A stretch of DNA of 64,000 bases from Salinivirgaceae bacterium (GCA_024405635.1 JAKSOL010000013.1:1-64000), one strand, 5' to 3'; shown: positions 47,273 to 57,769, counted from the stretch's first letter. Program-made: numbers and translations. Notes: a model not told the origin generated them from the sequence alone.

Positions 47273-47687
47273 TGTTTCGTATTGCGAATTGACAAAAGTA
47301 TTCAAATGACCCAAGTTTAACGCTTTGTTAACACAAGTTTAACTCACACTAGGCAAATTCACTTTATAGGCAATACTTATAAAATCAGATGCATTTATAG
47401 CTCTAACCTACTAAGAAACAATATGTTTAATAACAAAAAGCACAAAACAAGCGCCTGCTATTAGCAAATTTTAAAATGGTGCATAACTATGGTTAAAAAG
47501 AGTTAAAAAAGCATTGTGAACAACTTTGCTAATTGCTCTGCAAACGCATTGAAAAATAGGCTTTTGCGCTTGTTAAAAAAAATAATCGCGACTTTTGTTT
47601 TATACTGATTATCAAGGCATTACATTTTTGTTGATAATGATGTGAATAACAAAAAGCCAAGTCCACAAGGCTACATTTTTACATTGA

Positions 47688-47695
47688 TAAATTTG
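47688..47695 (+). promoter_or_regulatory. -7 element for nrdDG
   Basis: TAAATTTG 185 nt upstream of the nrdD ATG. Confidence 0.6.
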
Positions 47696-47700
47696 CATGT

Positions 47701-47820
47701 GTTAATCGTCATCTTCAAAACACGAGCCCTAATAGCCAAAGTTTGAAGGAAACCATAACAAATGCAAAAAAAAGCACCTAAACAAAAGTTTGGGCTAGGA
47801 ATTGTGGGCGAAGAGCGAAA
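47701..47820 (+). ncRNA. Candidate structured cis-regulatory leader of nrdD
   Basis: Helices CTTCAAA/TTTGAAG, AGCCC/GGGCT, CCTAAAC/GTTTGGG and TCTTC/GAAGA found by eye. Confidence 0.35.
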
Positions 47821-47879
47821 CAAAAAGTGGATTATTAGCATTGAGTGCACACAAAGTAAAACGTTATTAAACAAAGGGT

Positions 47880-50087
47880 ATGATACAAACGGTAGTAAAA
47901 CGCGACGGGCGAATCGTAGGGTTCAATCAAGAGAAGATTGAAGCAGCAATTAGAAAAGCAATGTTCCAAACCGATGCAGGTGAAGACGAGAGTTTAATTC
48001 TCAAAATATCAGACCGCATTGCATACAAAGGCAAAAACCAAATGTCGGTTGAAGCAATTCAAGACATGGTAGAGAACGAGTTAATGAACTCGTCGCGCAA
48101 AGACGTTGCTCGCGTTTACATTTCGTACCGCGACAAACGTAGCGTTGCCCGTAAAGCCAAAACTCGCGATATATTCACCGAAATTATTGAGGCAAAAAGC
48201 AACGATGTAACTCGCGAAAATGCAAATATGAATACCGACACACCTGCCGGTATGATGATGAAATTTGCAAGCGAAAGCACCAAGCCATTTGTTGACGATT
48301 ACCTACTATCGCCCGATGTAAAATCGGCTGTGCGCAATGCCTACCTTCACATTCACGACAAAGACTACTACCCTACCAAGTCGCTTACCTGTGTTCAACA
48401 TCCACTTGACAAAATATTGAACTACGGATTTACCGCCGGTCATGGCGAAAGCCGCCCTGCAAAACGTATTGAAACAGCTGGAGTATTGGGCTGTATTTCA
48501 ATGGAAACTGTGCAAAACGAAATGCACGGAGGACAAGCTATTCCTGCCTTCGACTTTTACTTGGCTCCATACGTTCGCTATTCATACATTGAGGAAATAA
48601 AAGTACTTGAACGTCTTTATGGCGAACAATTCAACGATTTGTACAACGCTGAAATTGAAGACTATCTAATTAAAGACCTTGATGGTTTGCAAGGCAAAGA
48701 GCGAGTTATGCAACACGCTATAAACCGTACAGTGAACCGTGTACACCAATCAATGGAGGCCTTTATTCACAATATGAACACCATTCACTCACGCGGAGGT
48801 AACCAAGTGGTTTTCAGTTCAGTAAACTACGGAACCGACACCTCGGCCGAGGGACGTTGCATTATACGAGAATTACTTTTGAGCACCTACGACGGTGTAG
48901 GTAATGGGTCAACCGCCATCTTCCCAATTCAGATTTGGAAAAAGAAACGCGGAGTAAACTATTTGCCAGAAGACAAAAACTACGACCTATACACTTTAGC
49001 GTGCAAAGTAACAACCAAACGATTCTTCCCTAACTACCTTAACCTTGACGCCACTTTTAACCAACACGAAAAATGGCAAGCAAACGACCCAAATCGCTTT
49101 GAGTACGAAGTAGCTACAATGGGATGCCGCACCCGCGTGTTTGAAAACCGATTTGGCGAAAAAACATCAATCGGACGTGGCAATATATCGTTCTCAACAA
49201 TAAACATTGTACGTCTTGCCATTGAATGCATGGACATTAAAAACCAAGACGACCGCATTGAGCAATTCTTCAAGAAACTTGACGATGTATTGGAAATAAC
49301 TGCAACACAATTGGAAGAACGCTACAATTTCCAAAAAACAGCATTGGCAAAACAATTCCCTTTGCTAATGTCGCGACTATGGGTTGGCAGCGAAAACCTA
49401 AAACCAAACGACACAATTGAAAGCGTAATAAACCAAGGCACATTAGGCATTGGCTTTATTGGATTGGCCGAATGTTTGAAAGCTCTTGTTGGATACCACC
49501 ACGGCGAAAGCGAAGAGGCTCAAAAACTTGGTTTACGCATAGTAACCCACATGCGCGACCGAGCTAACGAATTCAGCGAAAAAAGAAAACACAACTATTC
49601 AATATTGGCTACTCCAGCCGAAGGCCTTTCGGGTGCATTCACTCGCAAAGACAAAAAAACCTTTGGCATAATTGAAGGCGTTACTGACCGTGAATACTAC
49701 ACAAACTCAAACCACGTGCCAGTTTATTTCAAATGTACCGCCATGAAAAAAGCCGAAATTGAAGCACCATACCACGATTTAACTCGCGGCGGTCATATTT
49801 TCTACGTTGAACTTGATGGCGACGCAACCCACAACCCCGATGTTGTAATGCGCGTGGTTGACATGATGGACAAATTCAACATGGGTTACGGTTCGATAAA
49901 CCACAACCGCAACCGTTGCATGGATTGCGGATACGAAAACGCCGACAAGGAAATGACAGCTTGCCCAAAATGCGGCTCAACTAACATTGACCGATTGCAA
50001 CGCATTACTGGCTACTTAGTTGGCACCACCGACCGTTGGAACCACGCTAAACTTTGCGAATTAAACGACAGAACAACCCACAAATAA
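47880..50087 (+). CDS. nrdD: Anaerobic (class III) ribonucleoside-triphosphate reductase
   Basis: ATP-cone VVKRDG, HIHD, TMGCRT, YYTNSNH, CMDC...CPKC, RITGYL glycyl-radical motif. Confidence 0.95.
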   Translation: MIQTVVKRDGRIVGFNQEKIEAAIRKAMFQTDAGEDESLILKISDRIAYKGKNQMSVEAIQDMVENELMNSSRKDVARVYISYRDKRSVARKAKTRDIFTEIIEAKSNDVTRENANMNTDTPAGMMMKFASESTKPFVDDYLLSPDVKSAVRNAYLHIHDKDYYPTKSLTCVQHPLDKILNYGFTAGHGESRPAKRIETAGVLGCISMETVQNEMHGGQAIPAFDFYLAPYVRYSYIEEIKVLERLYGEQFNDLYNAEIEDYLIKDLDGLQGKERVMQHAINRTVNRVHQSMEAFIHNMNTIHSRGGNQVVFSSVNYGTDTSAEGRCIIRELLLSTYDGVGNGSTAIFPIQIWKKKRGVNYLPEDKNYDLYTLACKVTTKRFFPNYLNLDATFNQHEKWQANDPNRFEYEVATMGCRTRVFENRFGEKTSIGRGNISFSTINIVRLAIECMDIKNQDDRIEQFFKKLDDVLEITATQLEERYNFQKTALAKQFPLLMSRLWVGSENLKPNDTIESVINQGTLGIGFIGLAECLKALVGYHHGESEEAQKLGLRIVTHMRDRANEFSEKRKHNYSILATPAEGLSGAFTRKDKKTFGIIEGVTDREYYTNSNHVPVYFKCTAMKKAEIEAPYHDLTRGGHIFYVELDGDATHNPDVVMRVVDMMDKFNMGYGSINHNRNRCMDCGYENADKEMTACPKCGSTNIDRLQRITGYLVGTTDRWNHAKLCELNDRTTHK

Positions 50088-50096
50088 TAGCGCAAA

Positions 50097-50651
50097 ATGA
50101 AGTTAATGCTGATGGATGTGATAGAATATACCACATCTGACGGACCTGGGTTTAGAACATCGATTTACTCGTCGGGTTGCAGCCACCAATGCAAAAATTG
50201 CCAAAATCCGCAAACGTGGAACTTGGCAGCCGGAAACCCTGTTGAGGTTGACGACTTGCTAAAAATGGTGATGAACTTTGAGTTTGCCGACGTAACTTTT
50301 TCGGGCGGCGACCCTTTCTTTCAGGTTGAAGCATTTACCGAATTGGCTCAAAAAATTAAAGCAAATAGTTCAAAAAACATTTGGTGCTACACTGGTTATA
50401 CTTTTGAACAAATTGTGGCAAACAAACACTTGAGCATGATGCTGCCTCACATTGACGTGTTGGTTGACGGTAGGTTTATTGAGGAACTTAAAGACCCTGA
50501 CTTGTTGTTTCGCGGCAGCTCAAACCAACGACTGATTGATGTGCAAGCTTCAATAAAAAAAGGTGAGACTGTTTTGTTAGACTACAATCCATTCAACCTA
50601 AAAACGCAAGCTAAGCACGCATCGTCGGCACTACAATTTCAGCATGTATAA
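50097..50651 (+). CDS. nrdG: NrdD activating enzyme
   Basis: DGPGFR, CSHQCKNC, SGGDP, FRGSSNQR. Confidence 0.93.
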   Translation: MKLMLMDVIEYTTSDGPGFRTSIYSSGCSHQCKNCQNPQTWNLAAGNPVEVDDLLKMVMNFEFADVTFSGGDPFFQVEAFTELAQKIKANSSKNIWCYTGYTFEQIVANKHLSMMLPHIDVLVDGRFIEELKDPDLLFRGSSNQRLIDVQASIKKGETVLLDYNPFNLKTQAKHASSALQFQHV

Positions 50652-50668
50652 ATAATTTATACCATAAC

Positions 50669-50708
50669 AAAAACGGGAACCTTCAAAACTGAAAGTTCCC
50701 GTTTTTTT
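50669..50708. terminator. Bidirectional intrinsic terminator
   Basis: AAAAACGGGAAC...GTTCCCGTTTTTTT. Confidence 0.85.
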
Positions 50709-50726
50709 GCATTATCAAGTTGCAAA

Positions 50727-51641
50727 CTACTCTGTCTGCAAGCTATCAATTAGTTCGCTAACCGAATTCATATTGTGACGCTCCAAATAGTCTCTAATAC
50801 CATCAACAATCTTAACAGTAATAGTTGGATCAATAAAGTTTGCAGTGCCCACTTCAACAGCCGACGCTCCTGCAATAAGGAATTCAACAGCATCGGTTGC
50901 ATTCATTATACCCCCCAAACCAACTACTGGAATTTTAACAGCATGCGACACTTGCCAAACCATGCGCAGCGCAATAGGTTTTACCGCAGCACCACTCATT
51001 CCTCCTGTTATGGTTGAAATAACGGGACGTCGGCGTTCAGCATCAATAGCCATACCTAGCAAGGTGTTTATTAGCGATACCGAATCGGCACCACCAGCCT
51101 CAGCAGCTTTTGCAATATCAACAATAGAGGTTACGTTAGGCGTAAGTTTAACCATAAGATGTTTGTGATACACCTTGCGAATAGCGCTCACAATTTCCTC
51201 TGTAGCAACAGGATTGGTGCCAAAAGCCATTCCTCCGTGCTTAACATTTGGGCACGAAATATTCAATTCAATAGCAGGAATAGCGTCCAACTCGTTGATG
51301 CGAGAAGCACACTCAACATAATCGTCGATGGTTGACCCAGATACGTTAACCAACACATTGGTGGTGTACTTAGTAAGTTTAGGATAAATATTCTTGCAGA
51401 AATAGTCAACGCCCTTGTTTTGCAAACCAACAGCGTTAATCATTCCCTGTGGAGTTTCGGCCAAACGAGGGTAAGCATTACCTTCGCGAGGCGCAAGTGT
51501 AGTTCCTTTAACAATGATGCCGCCAAGTGACGAAACATCAATAAAATCGTCGTACTCGTAGCCGTAACCAAACGTGCCCGAGGCTGTCATTACCGGATTT
51601 TTAAGTTGCAATCCGTTTAGGTTTACTGATAAATCTACCAT
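50727..51641 (-). CDS. pyrD: Dihydroorotate dehydrogenase 1B catalytic subunit
   Basis: [32 protein letters not shown]. Confidence 0.93.
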   Translation of the reverse strand: MVDLSVNLNGLQLKNPVMTASGTFGYGYEYDDFIDVSSLGGIIVKGTTLAPREGNAYPRLAETPQGMINAVGLQNKGVDYFCKNIYPKLTKYTTNVLVNVSGSTIDDYVECASRINELDAIPAIELNISCPNVKHGGMAFGTNPVATEEIVSAIRKVYHKHLMVKLTPNVTSIVDIAKAAEAGGADSVSLINTLLGMAIDAERRRPVISTITGGMSGAAVKPIALRMVWQVSHAVKIPVVGLGGIMNATDAVEFLIAGASAVEVGTANFIDPTITVKIVDGIRDYLERHNMNSVSELIDSLQTE

Positions 51642-52411
51642 TTCAATTCATTTATTTCAAAAACAGGCCCTTGCGAGCATACACATTTATGGCCCTCTTT
51701 GGTTTCGGTTACGCAACATAGGCAAACGCCAATGCCGCAAGCCATTTTATTTTCAAGCGAAACCTCGCAACGCACACCAGCAGCTTTTGCTTTTGCTGCC
51801 ACAGCCTTCATCATTGGCATTGGACCACAAACCAACAAACTGCTGTAATTGGCTATGTTGCTTTCAATTGCACTATGGTTAGTAACAAAGCCTTTGGTTC
51901 CAACTGATCCGTCTTCGGTTGTTATGTTCACTTTTGCAATTTTTTCAAACTCGGCTAAGCGTAACAAACCCGATTTGTTTCGGGCTCCAAAAAGGAACTC
52001 GGGTTGGGCTCCCATTTCAACCAAACGTTTGCCCAAATAAAGCATTGGTGCCACACCAACGCCTCCGCCAACTAACAACGGACGATTACCTGCCTTATCA
52101 AGCGAGAATCCGTTTCCAAGCGGATAAACAAGGTTTAATTTGTCGCCAATTGTAAGCAAACTCAACAATTTAGTGCCATTACCCACTACTCTGATAAGTA
52201 GCTGAAGAGTTTGATTGTCGCGGTTTACATCGTGAATTGAGATTGGACGACGCAAGAATGATGTAGCCGAATCGGGAAGCTTAACCTCCACAAACTGACC
52301 AGCATTTATTTCTGGCAGTTGCTCGGGATGCTTAAGGGTGAGTAACACATACTCACAATCAATCATCTCGGCGGCTACAACAGTAAAATCTGTTGTAAAT
52401 CGTTTTAACAT
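51635..52411 (-). CDS. pyrK: Dihydroorotate dehydrogenase electron-transfer subunit
   Basis: [35 protein letters not shown]. Confidence 0.92.
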   Translation of the reverse strand: MLKRFTTDFTVVAAEMIDCEYVLLTLKHPEQLPEINAGQFVEVKLPDSATSFLRRPISIHDVNRDNQTLQLLIRVVGNGTKLLSLLTIGDKLNLVYPLGNGFSLDKAGNRPLLVGGGVGVAPMLYLGKRLVEMGAQPEFLFGARNKSGLLRLAEFEKIAKVNITTEDGSVGTKGFVTNHSAIESNIANYSSLLVCGPMPMMKAVAAKAKAAGVRCEVSLENKMACGIGVCLCCVTETKEGHKCVCSQGPVFEINELKW

Positions 52412-52435
52412 ATCGTGTTGATTTTTAATATTTTA

Positions 52436-55210
52436 TTATTTCCCTTTTTTAAGAACCAAATACTGAGTTGCATGATTAAGTCCAACCGACTGAATTTCAA
52501 TGCGCCCCCCTACTTGCGATGCAAAATACTGGCAAAAACGCAAACGGAGTGCGCTTCTTGATTTTTCGTCGTTACCTATTTCAATTGTTTCCCAGCCAGA
52601 ATACGACAACGCAGGAGGACAAGCGCCATTTACGCTTATAACTATTTGTGTATCGAGAGCCTTTGCCGATACCACAATTCTATCGCCAGTTTTTGAACAT
52701 GCTATTGCGTTGGCAATAAAATTATCAACTACCAATGCAACAATTTCATTATCGGCACAATAAGTAACAGCTTCAGGTTCGCATTCAAATTCAAACTTAT
52801 TATCATTAACATGTTGAATTTCTGACAGCAAAGCCATTTGCAAAGTCTCATTACTTATTATCTCATTTTGCATTTGTGGTTTTGTTTCGCCATTCAGATA
52901 AGCAATGGCTAGTTTAACGTTTCGCAATATTAGCATTGCGTTAAACTTAAGTTGCTGAACATCGCGTTGAAGGTTTGCATGATCCGATTCAGAAAAATCG
53001 ACATCGCCACCGCTGTACACTTTTAAATGGTTTACAATTGAATTAACAATCGTTCTCGCATCATTAATTGTACTGATAATTGACCTATACAGCTGTTTGT
53101 CGGAGTGTTTACGTTTAAGCAATCGGACCGCCAAAATAGTTGACAAAACTAGTAGTAGCAATAGCACAACAAAAAGCAGTTGCAAGTTTGCGCGTTGAAC
53201 ATCTATTATATTTACAGCCTTTTGCGAAGTTTGTTGCAACGATTTTATGGTGTGTTGCAAAATGCTAACGTCATAATCGGCTTGATACTTTGTTGTGTGT
53301 TGGCGCGTATGATCTTCAAATATCGAATCTTTAAGTTGCGTACACAATTTCATGTATTTCAAAGCATTAGCATTGTCGCCCACCAATTCGTAGGCTTTTG
53401 ACAATTCAAGAACGGTTTTTTGCTTAAAGTCGGTATTGTTCAACTCTTTGGCTAGTCCGTATGATTTTTGCAAATAGCCAATTGCCCGAGTTCCTTTTCC
53501 AATGTTGTTGCAAAGTTTGCCAAGTAACCATAACGAATTGATGCAACCCAATCTATCTTTTTCTTTTTCGAACAAACTGAGCGAGGCTTGATATTGCTGT
53601 TCTGCAAAATCGGCTTGTTTTTTACTTACAAACATGTCGCCCAAATGATTATACGCATAAGCCACATATCGCTGGTTTCCAATGCTTTTGTATGTTGCAA
53701 GTGCCTCTCGCAGAAATGATTCTGATTTTTCAAAATCGCCAATATCTTTATAAATACGACCAAGGTTAACAAGAGAATTGGCAACCGAAGGCAAGTCATT
53801 AGTTTCTTGTCGCAAACGCAATGCCTCCATGTGACTGTTCAACGCTTGCGTGATACTATCAGCCAAAATGTAAGTATTACCTAAGTGATTGTATGTTACA
53901 GCTTTTTGCACTTTGTCGTTCAAGCGATCGTATAGTACCATTGCCTGTTTATGAAACAAAAATGCATTTGTCAAGTCGTTCATCTCGCGGCAAATCATTC
54001 CTATATTATTCAGGGTTGATGCAATATGTAACGTATCGTTTGCATTTTGGTAACTTGTTAACGCGTAGTAATAGCTGTTTAATGCTGGCGAATACATGGT
54101 CATTTTCCAGTATGCCGAACCAATGTTTGCATACGATAAGGCCAAATCGGCGCCTTCAATTTCAGATCTGAGTTGCAACGCCATATTATAATAGTGCAAA
54201 ACAGAATCGTACTGATCGCTTATTTTAAACGTATTACCAATATTGTCGTACAAGTTGGCTAGTTTAACATAGTCCGAATCGGCTTTATATATGTCGGCAA
54301 CAATGCGGTAGCACATCAAAGCACTGTCGTACACATTTTTTCGCCAATAAATGGCACCAAGGTGGTTGTACACTTCGGCTCTTGAACCTGATCCTTGATA
54401 TTTATTTACAACCGACAAGGCTTTTTTATAATAAGCAGCGGCTTGTGTATAATCGCCCATGTTGCGGTATGCTAGTCCAACATTAACTAACGAGTTTACA
54501 ACTTCGCGAACTGTGCCGCAACTTTTTCGCAGTTCAAGTGCTTTTCGATAATTATCAAGCGCTTTTGAATATTGGCCCATATTCCAGCAATAACTACCTA
54601 ATGCATTATAGGTTGTAGCCTTCTGCGCATAATCGTTGTGCTTGGTATCGTACTCAACAGCTCGCAAAATAGAGCCTTGCCACTTATCGTTAATTCCTGC
54701 CGAACGATAAATTGAAGCCAAGGTATTGGCAGCCTGCGACGCCACAATGTATTGCTGGTGTGCATCGGCATATTTTATTGCTTCATCAAATAAATCGGCT
54801 GCATTTTTTTCTTCTTTTGCTTTGGATATCAGCGCTTTACAATAATTATGTATTGCCAAGTATTCACTATTGCCTGAGCGTCGCGCCAAGTAGTTAACTC
54901 TTGAATTTAGTGTTTCAGCTTGTTTAATATTGCGAGCCTCGCAGGCTATCGCAATTTTTTCTTTAAGCACTTGAACTTCAACATCTTTGTTTTCGTTTTG
55001 CTCAGCCCAATCGCTTAATTCATCTAACATTGATTGCGCATACTCGCTATTTGAAACTAAAAGATGTTTTACAAGTTTAAGTTTTGTAAACATCAGTTGT
55101 TCTCCGTTTTGCAACATTGCAACCTCGCGCAAGCTGTCGGCCACTGGTTGTGCAACCAACTGTGTTGCAATAACTTGAGCTGTAATTATTAATAACAGTA
55201 TTCTTTTCAT
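52436..55210 (-). CDS. TPR-TM protein with degenerate histidine-kinase domain (pseudokinase)
   Basis: Signal peptide, long TPR array, TM; N-box-like DNFIANAI and GGRIEIQS retained; H, G1 and G2 boxes lost. Confidence 0.75.
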   Translation of the reverse strand: MKRILLLIITAQVIATQLVAQPVADSLREVAMLQNGEQLMFTKLKLVKHLLVSNSEYAQSMLDELSDWAEQNENKDVEVQVLKEKIAIACEARNIKQAETLNSRVNYLARRSGNSEYLAIHNYCKALISKAKEEKNAADLFDEAIKYADAHQQYIVASQAANTLASIYRSAGINDKWQGSILRAVEYDTKHNDYAQKATTYNALGSYCWNMGQYSKALDNYRKALELRKSCGTVREVVNSLVNVGLAYRNMGDYTQAAAYYKKALSVVNKYQGSGSRAEVYNHLGAIYWRKNVYDSALMCYRIVADIYKADSDYVKLANLYDNIGNTFKISDQYDSVLHYYNMALQLRSEIEGADLALSYANIGSAYWKMTMYSPALNSYYYALTSYQNANDTLHIASTLNNIGMICREMNDLTNAFLFHKQAMVLYDRLNDKVQKAVTYNHLGNTYILADSITQALNSHMEALRLRQETNDLPSVANSLVNLGRIYKDIGDFEKSESFLREALATYKSIGNQRYVAYAYNHLGDMFVSKKQADFAEQQYQASLSLFEKEKDRLGCINSLWLLGKLCNNIGKGTRAIGYLQKSYGLAKELNNTDFKQKTVLELSKAYELVGDNANALKYMKLCTQLKDSIFEDHTRQHTTKYQADYDVSILQHTIKSLQQTSQKAVNIIDVQRANLQLLFVVLLLLLVLSTILAVRLLKRKHSDKQLYRSIISTINDARTIVNSIVNHLKVYSGGDVDFSESDHANLQRDVQQLKFNAMLILRNVKLAIAYLNGETKPQMQNEIISNETLQMALLSEIQHVNDNKFEFECEPEAVTYCADNEIVALVVDNFIANAIACSKTGDRIVVSAKALDTQIVISVNGACPPALSYSGWETIEIGNDEKSRSALRLRFCQYFASQVGGRIEIQSVGLNHATQYLVLKKGK

Positions 55211-55213
55211 ACG

Positions 55214-57769
55214 CTAATCTATTTTAATGCCAATTACCAACACATCGTCGAGTTGGCGAAAATTGCCTTTCCACTCGTCAAAGTATTGGTTTAGTTTTGT
55301 TTTTTGCTCATCCATAGATAGTTGGCTCGATTCTACCAACAAATTTTTAAAGTTTTTGGTTAGTAGTTTTCTACCGTTTTTGCCGCCAAACTGGTCAGCA
55401 TATCCATCAGAGAATATGTATAGTTTATCGCCTTGCATAAGGTCAAACTCGTTGTTTGTAAACGGTTCTTCTTCGGTTAAGTGAATGCCTATCGGCATTC
55501 TATCGGGCTCTATTTCAATCAATTCACCATTTCGAACTATAAAAACCGGATTATTAGCACCGGCAAATTGCAATTTATAGTTCTGTTGATCAATCATGCA
55601 AAGGGCGCAATCCATTCCGTCGTTTGCACCACTTGTGCGCGATTGCTGATGCAGTAAGGTTTTTACCATTCCGCGCATCTGCTCAAGAATATGCGCAGCA
55701 TTGTTTATTTGGCCTTTTGATGCAATTTGATTTAGCAAAGTGAGCCCCAACATACTCATAAATGCCCCTGGCACACCATGTCCGGTGCAATCAACTGCTG
55801 CTATTACTGTATATTGACCACAATTGGCAGCCCAATAAAAGTCGCCACTAACTATATCGCGTGGCCTGAACAAAATAAACTTATTGGGTATCAGGGCGTT
55901 AACCATATTAATAGGTGGCAACATTGCATTTTGAATGCGACTTGCGTACTCAATACTATCGGTAATTTTCTCCTTTTGCATTGCAATTTGGTCGCGTTGC
56001 TGAGTTACAAAATCGCGTTGGCGCTCAATCTCCTCGTTTTGTTGCAAAATTTGTTTGTTCTTAATGTCGAGTAACTCATTGGCTTTGCGCACTTTTTTGT
56101 TTTGGTTGGCTATCAGCACTGCAAAAACCGAAACCACCAACAACACTACTACCGAAAACATAATCAGAATAAACTGCCTGCGGTTTTTCTCCTCTTGTTG
56201 CAAAATCTGTATATCCTTTATTTTCAGTGCTTTTTCTTTCTTTTCGGTTTCGTAACTTATTTGCATATCGGCAATACGCTTCACACTTTCAAGGCTCAAA
56301 ATACTGTCTTTCAGAGCAGTATAGCTTTCCAAATTCTCGTATGCTTTTTTAAAGTCGTTACCAACTGCATAAGTTTGCGCCATTGCTAAACGCACATCTT
56401 TTTCCAACTCGCTATTTTTTAAGCGCTGAGCACGATTCAAAGCATCGTTTAAAATTGGCAAAGCATGCTGATGCTTTTTTTGTTTAACTAACAACTGTCC
56501 CAAATCAAGTTCAGTGTAAGCAACGCCCACATGGTCGGATATTGCTCGACGTTGGTCAAGTGCTAACTTAAAATTATGCTCAGCTTCGGTGTGATTATTA
56601 AACTTTAGATAAAGGTTTGCAATGTTGTTAAGAATACCTGCCGCGCTTTTCTTGTCGCCAAGTTGGTTATAAATTTCAAGTGCGGCTTGATATTGTGCCA
56701 ACGACGAGTCGCGTTCGTTTAAGTTCTTGAAAACCAATGCTATATTGTTGTGAGCCCGGGCAATATATCGTTTATCGCCTACAGTAATGCGCATTTGCAA
56801 AACACGTTTATAAACATCTAATGCCGATTTGTAATTGCCTGATTGCCAATAAACTCCGCCAATAAGATTTAGCGCCTCGCTTTGACGGAATGTGTCGTGC
56901 GTTTCTTCGTATTGCTCAAGCGACTTGTTGTAATATTCAAGGGCCTTATCAAAGTTGCCCAAATCTTTGTAAATCAAGCCGATATTGTTCATTGTGCTAG
57001 CAATCACGTTGTTATCGCCAAGTTGTTCGCGAATGTCGAGTGCCAGCAAATAGTTTTGCAACGATTCTTTGTATCGTTTGTCTTGCCAATAAATGCCTCC
57101 CAAATTGTTGTACGCATCAGCAAGACTTTTCTGATTGTTTATTTTTTGAAGAATTGCAATGGTCCGATTGATGTAAACCAATGCCGAATCGGTATTGTTA
57201 AAATTCTTGTAAGCCGTTGCTATATTATTGAGCGACTGTGCAATAGAAGTTGAATCGGCCAAACGAACACGAATATCAAGCGCCTCGCGATAACGCATCA
57301 AAGCAGAATCGAAAAGATTCTGTAACAAAAACATACTGCCGATATGATTTACCGTTGATGCGTAATCTTTTTGGTAATTAACTATGCGCCAATTGGTTAA
57401 CGACTTTTTGTAGTAATACAAAGCAGAATCGTATTTGCCTACGGCTTGGTTCACTAACCCCAGATTATCAAATACTTTTGCCGATATTTCAGGACTACCT
57501 TGCTCTTCGCAAATTACCAATGCTTGTTTGTAATAAAACGTAGCCGAATCGTACTTGTTTGCCCTCCAATATGTTGAACCTAAGGCATTTAGAATAGTTA
57601 TCTTATCTTTTGCGTCAGAAACGTTTAGGAGTTTTGCTTGCAACTGTGCCACATCGCTTGCACACAACGCACTATAACTCAACAACATAACAGCCGACAT
57701 TATGGCCGTTTTTAGAATCAATTTGGTTTGCATCAATGTTCGTTTTTCAAGCCGATTTGTTTTCGGCAT
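55214..57769 (-). CDS. TPR-TM-SpoIIE (PP2C) phosphatase
   Basis: TPR array, TM, coiled coil, ITDSIEYASRIQ, PRDIVSGDFYW, DCTGHGVPGAFM, SDGYADQFGG, QLDD; start may be 57733. Confidence 0.88.
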   Translation of the reverse strand: MPKTNRLEKRTLMQTKLILKTAIMSAVMLLSYSALCASDVAQLQAKLLNVSDAKDKITILNALGSTYWRANKYDSATFYYKQALVICEEQGSPEISAKVFDNLGLVNQAVGKYDSALYYYKKSLTNWRIVNYQKDYASTVNHIGSMFLLQNLFDSALMRYREALDIRVRLADSTSIAQSLNNIATAYKNFNNTDSALVYINRTIAILQKINNQKSLADAYNNLGGIYWQDKRYKESLQNYLLALDIREQLGDNNVIASTMNNIGLIYKDLGNFDKALEYYNKSLEQYEETHDTFRQSEALNLIGGVYWQSGNYKSALDVYKRVLQMRITVGDKRYIARAHNNIALVFKNLNERDSSLAQYQAALEIYNQLGDKKSAAGILNNIANLYLKFNNHTEAEHNFKLALDQRRAISDHVGVAYTELDLGQLLVKQKKHQHALPILNDALNRAQRLKNSELEKDVRLAMAQTYAVGNDFKKAYENLESYTALKDSILSLESVKRIADMQISYETEKKEKALKIKDIQILQQEEKNRRQFILIMFSVVVLLVVSVFAVLIANQNKKVRKANELLDIKNKQILQQNEEIERQRDFVTQQRDQIAMQKEKITDSIEYASRIQNAMLPPINMVNALIPNKFILFRPRDIVSGDFYWAANCGQYTVIAAVDCTGHGVPGAFMSMLGLTLLNQIASKGQINNAAHILEQMRGMVKTLLHQQSRTSGANDGMDCALCMIDQQNYKLQFAGANNPVFIVRNGELIEIEPDRMPIGIHLTEEEPFTNNEFDLMQGDKLYIFSDGYADQFGGKNGRKLLTKNFKNLLVESSQLSMDEQKTKLNQYFDEWKGNFRQLDDVLVIGIKID

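Noticed and set aside
47701-47879. Cobalamin riboswitch or NrdR box before nrdD
   Set aside because: No B12-box or GGGAA...GGTG core and no convincing NrdR palindrome seen
47762-47941. Out-of-frame uORF (MQKKAPKQKFG...) overlapping the nrdD start
   Set aside because: No compositional signal or recognisable motif; probably chance, though a regulatory role is not excluded
52436-57769. TPR periodicity as a CRISPR array or DNA tandem repeat
   Set aside because: Repetition is only at protein level; no identical DNA repeats with spacers
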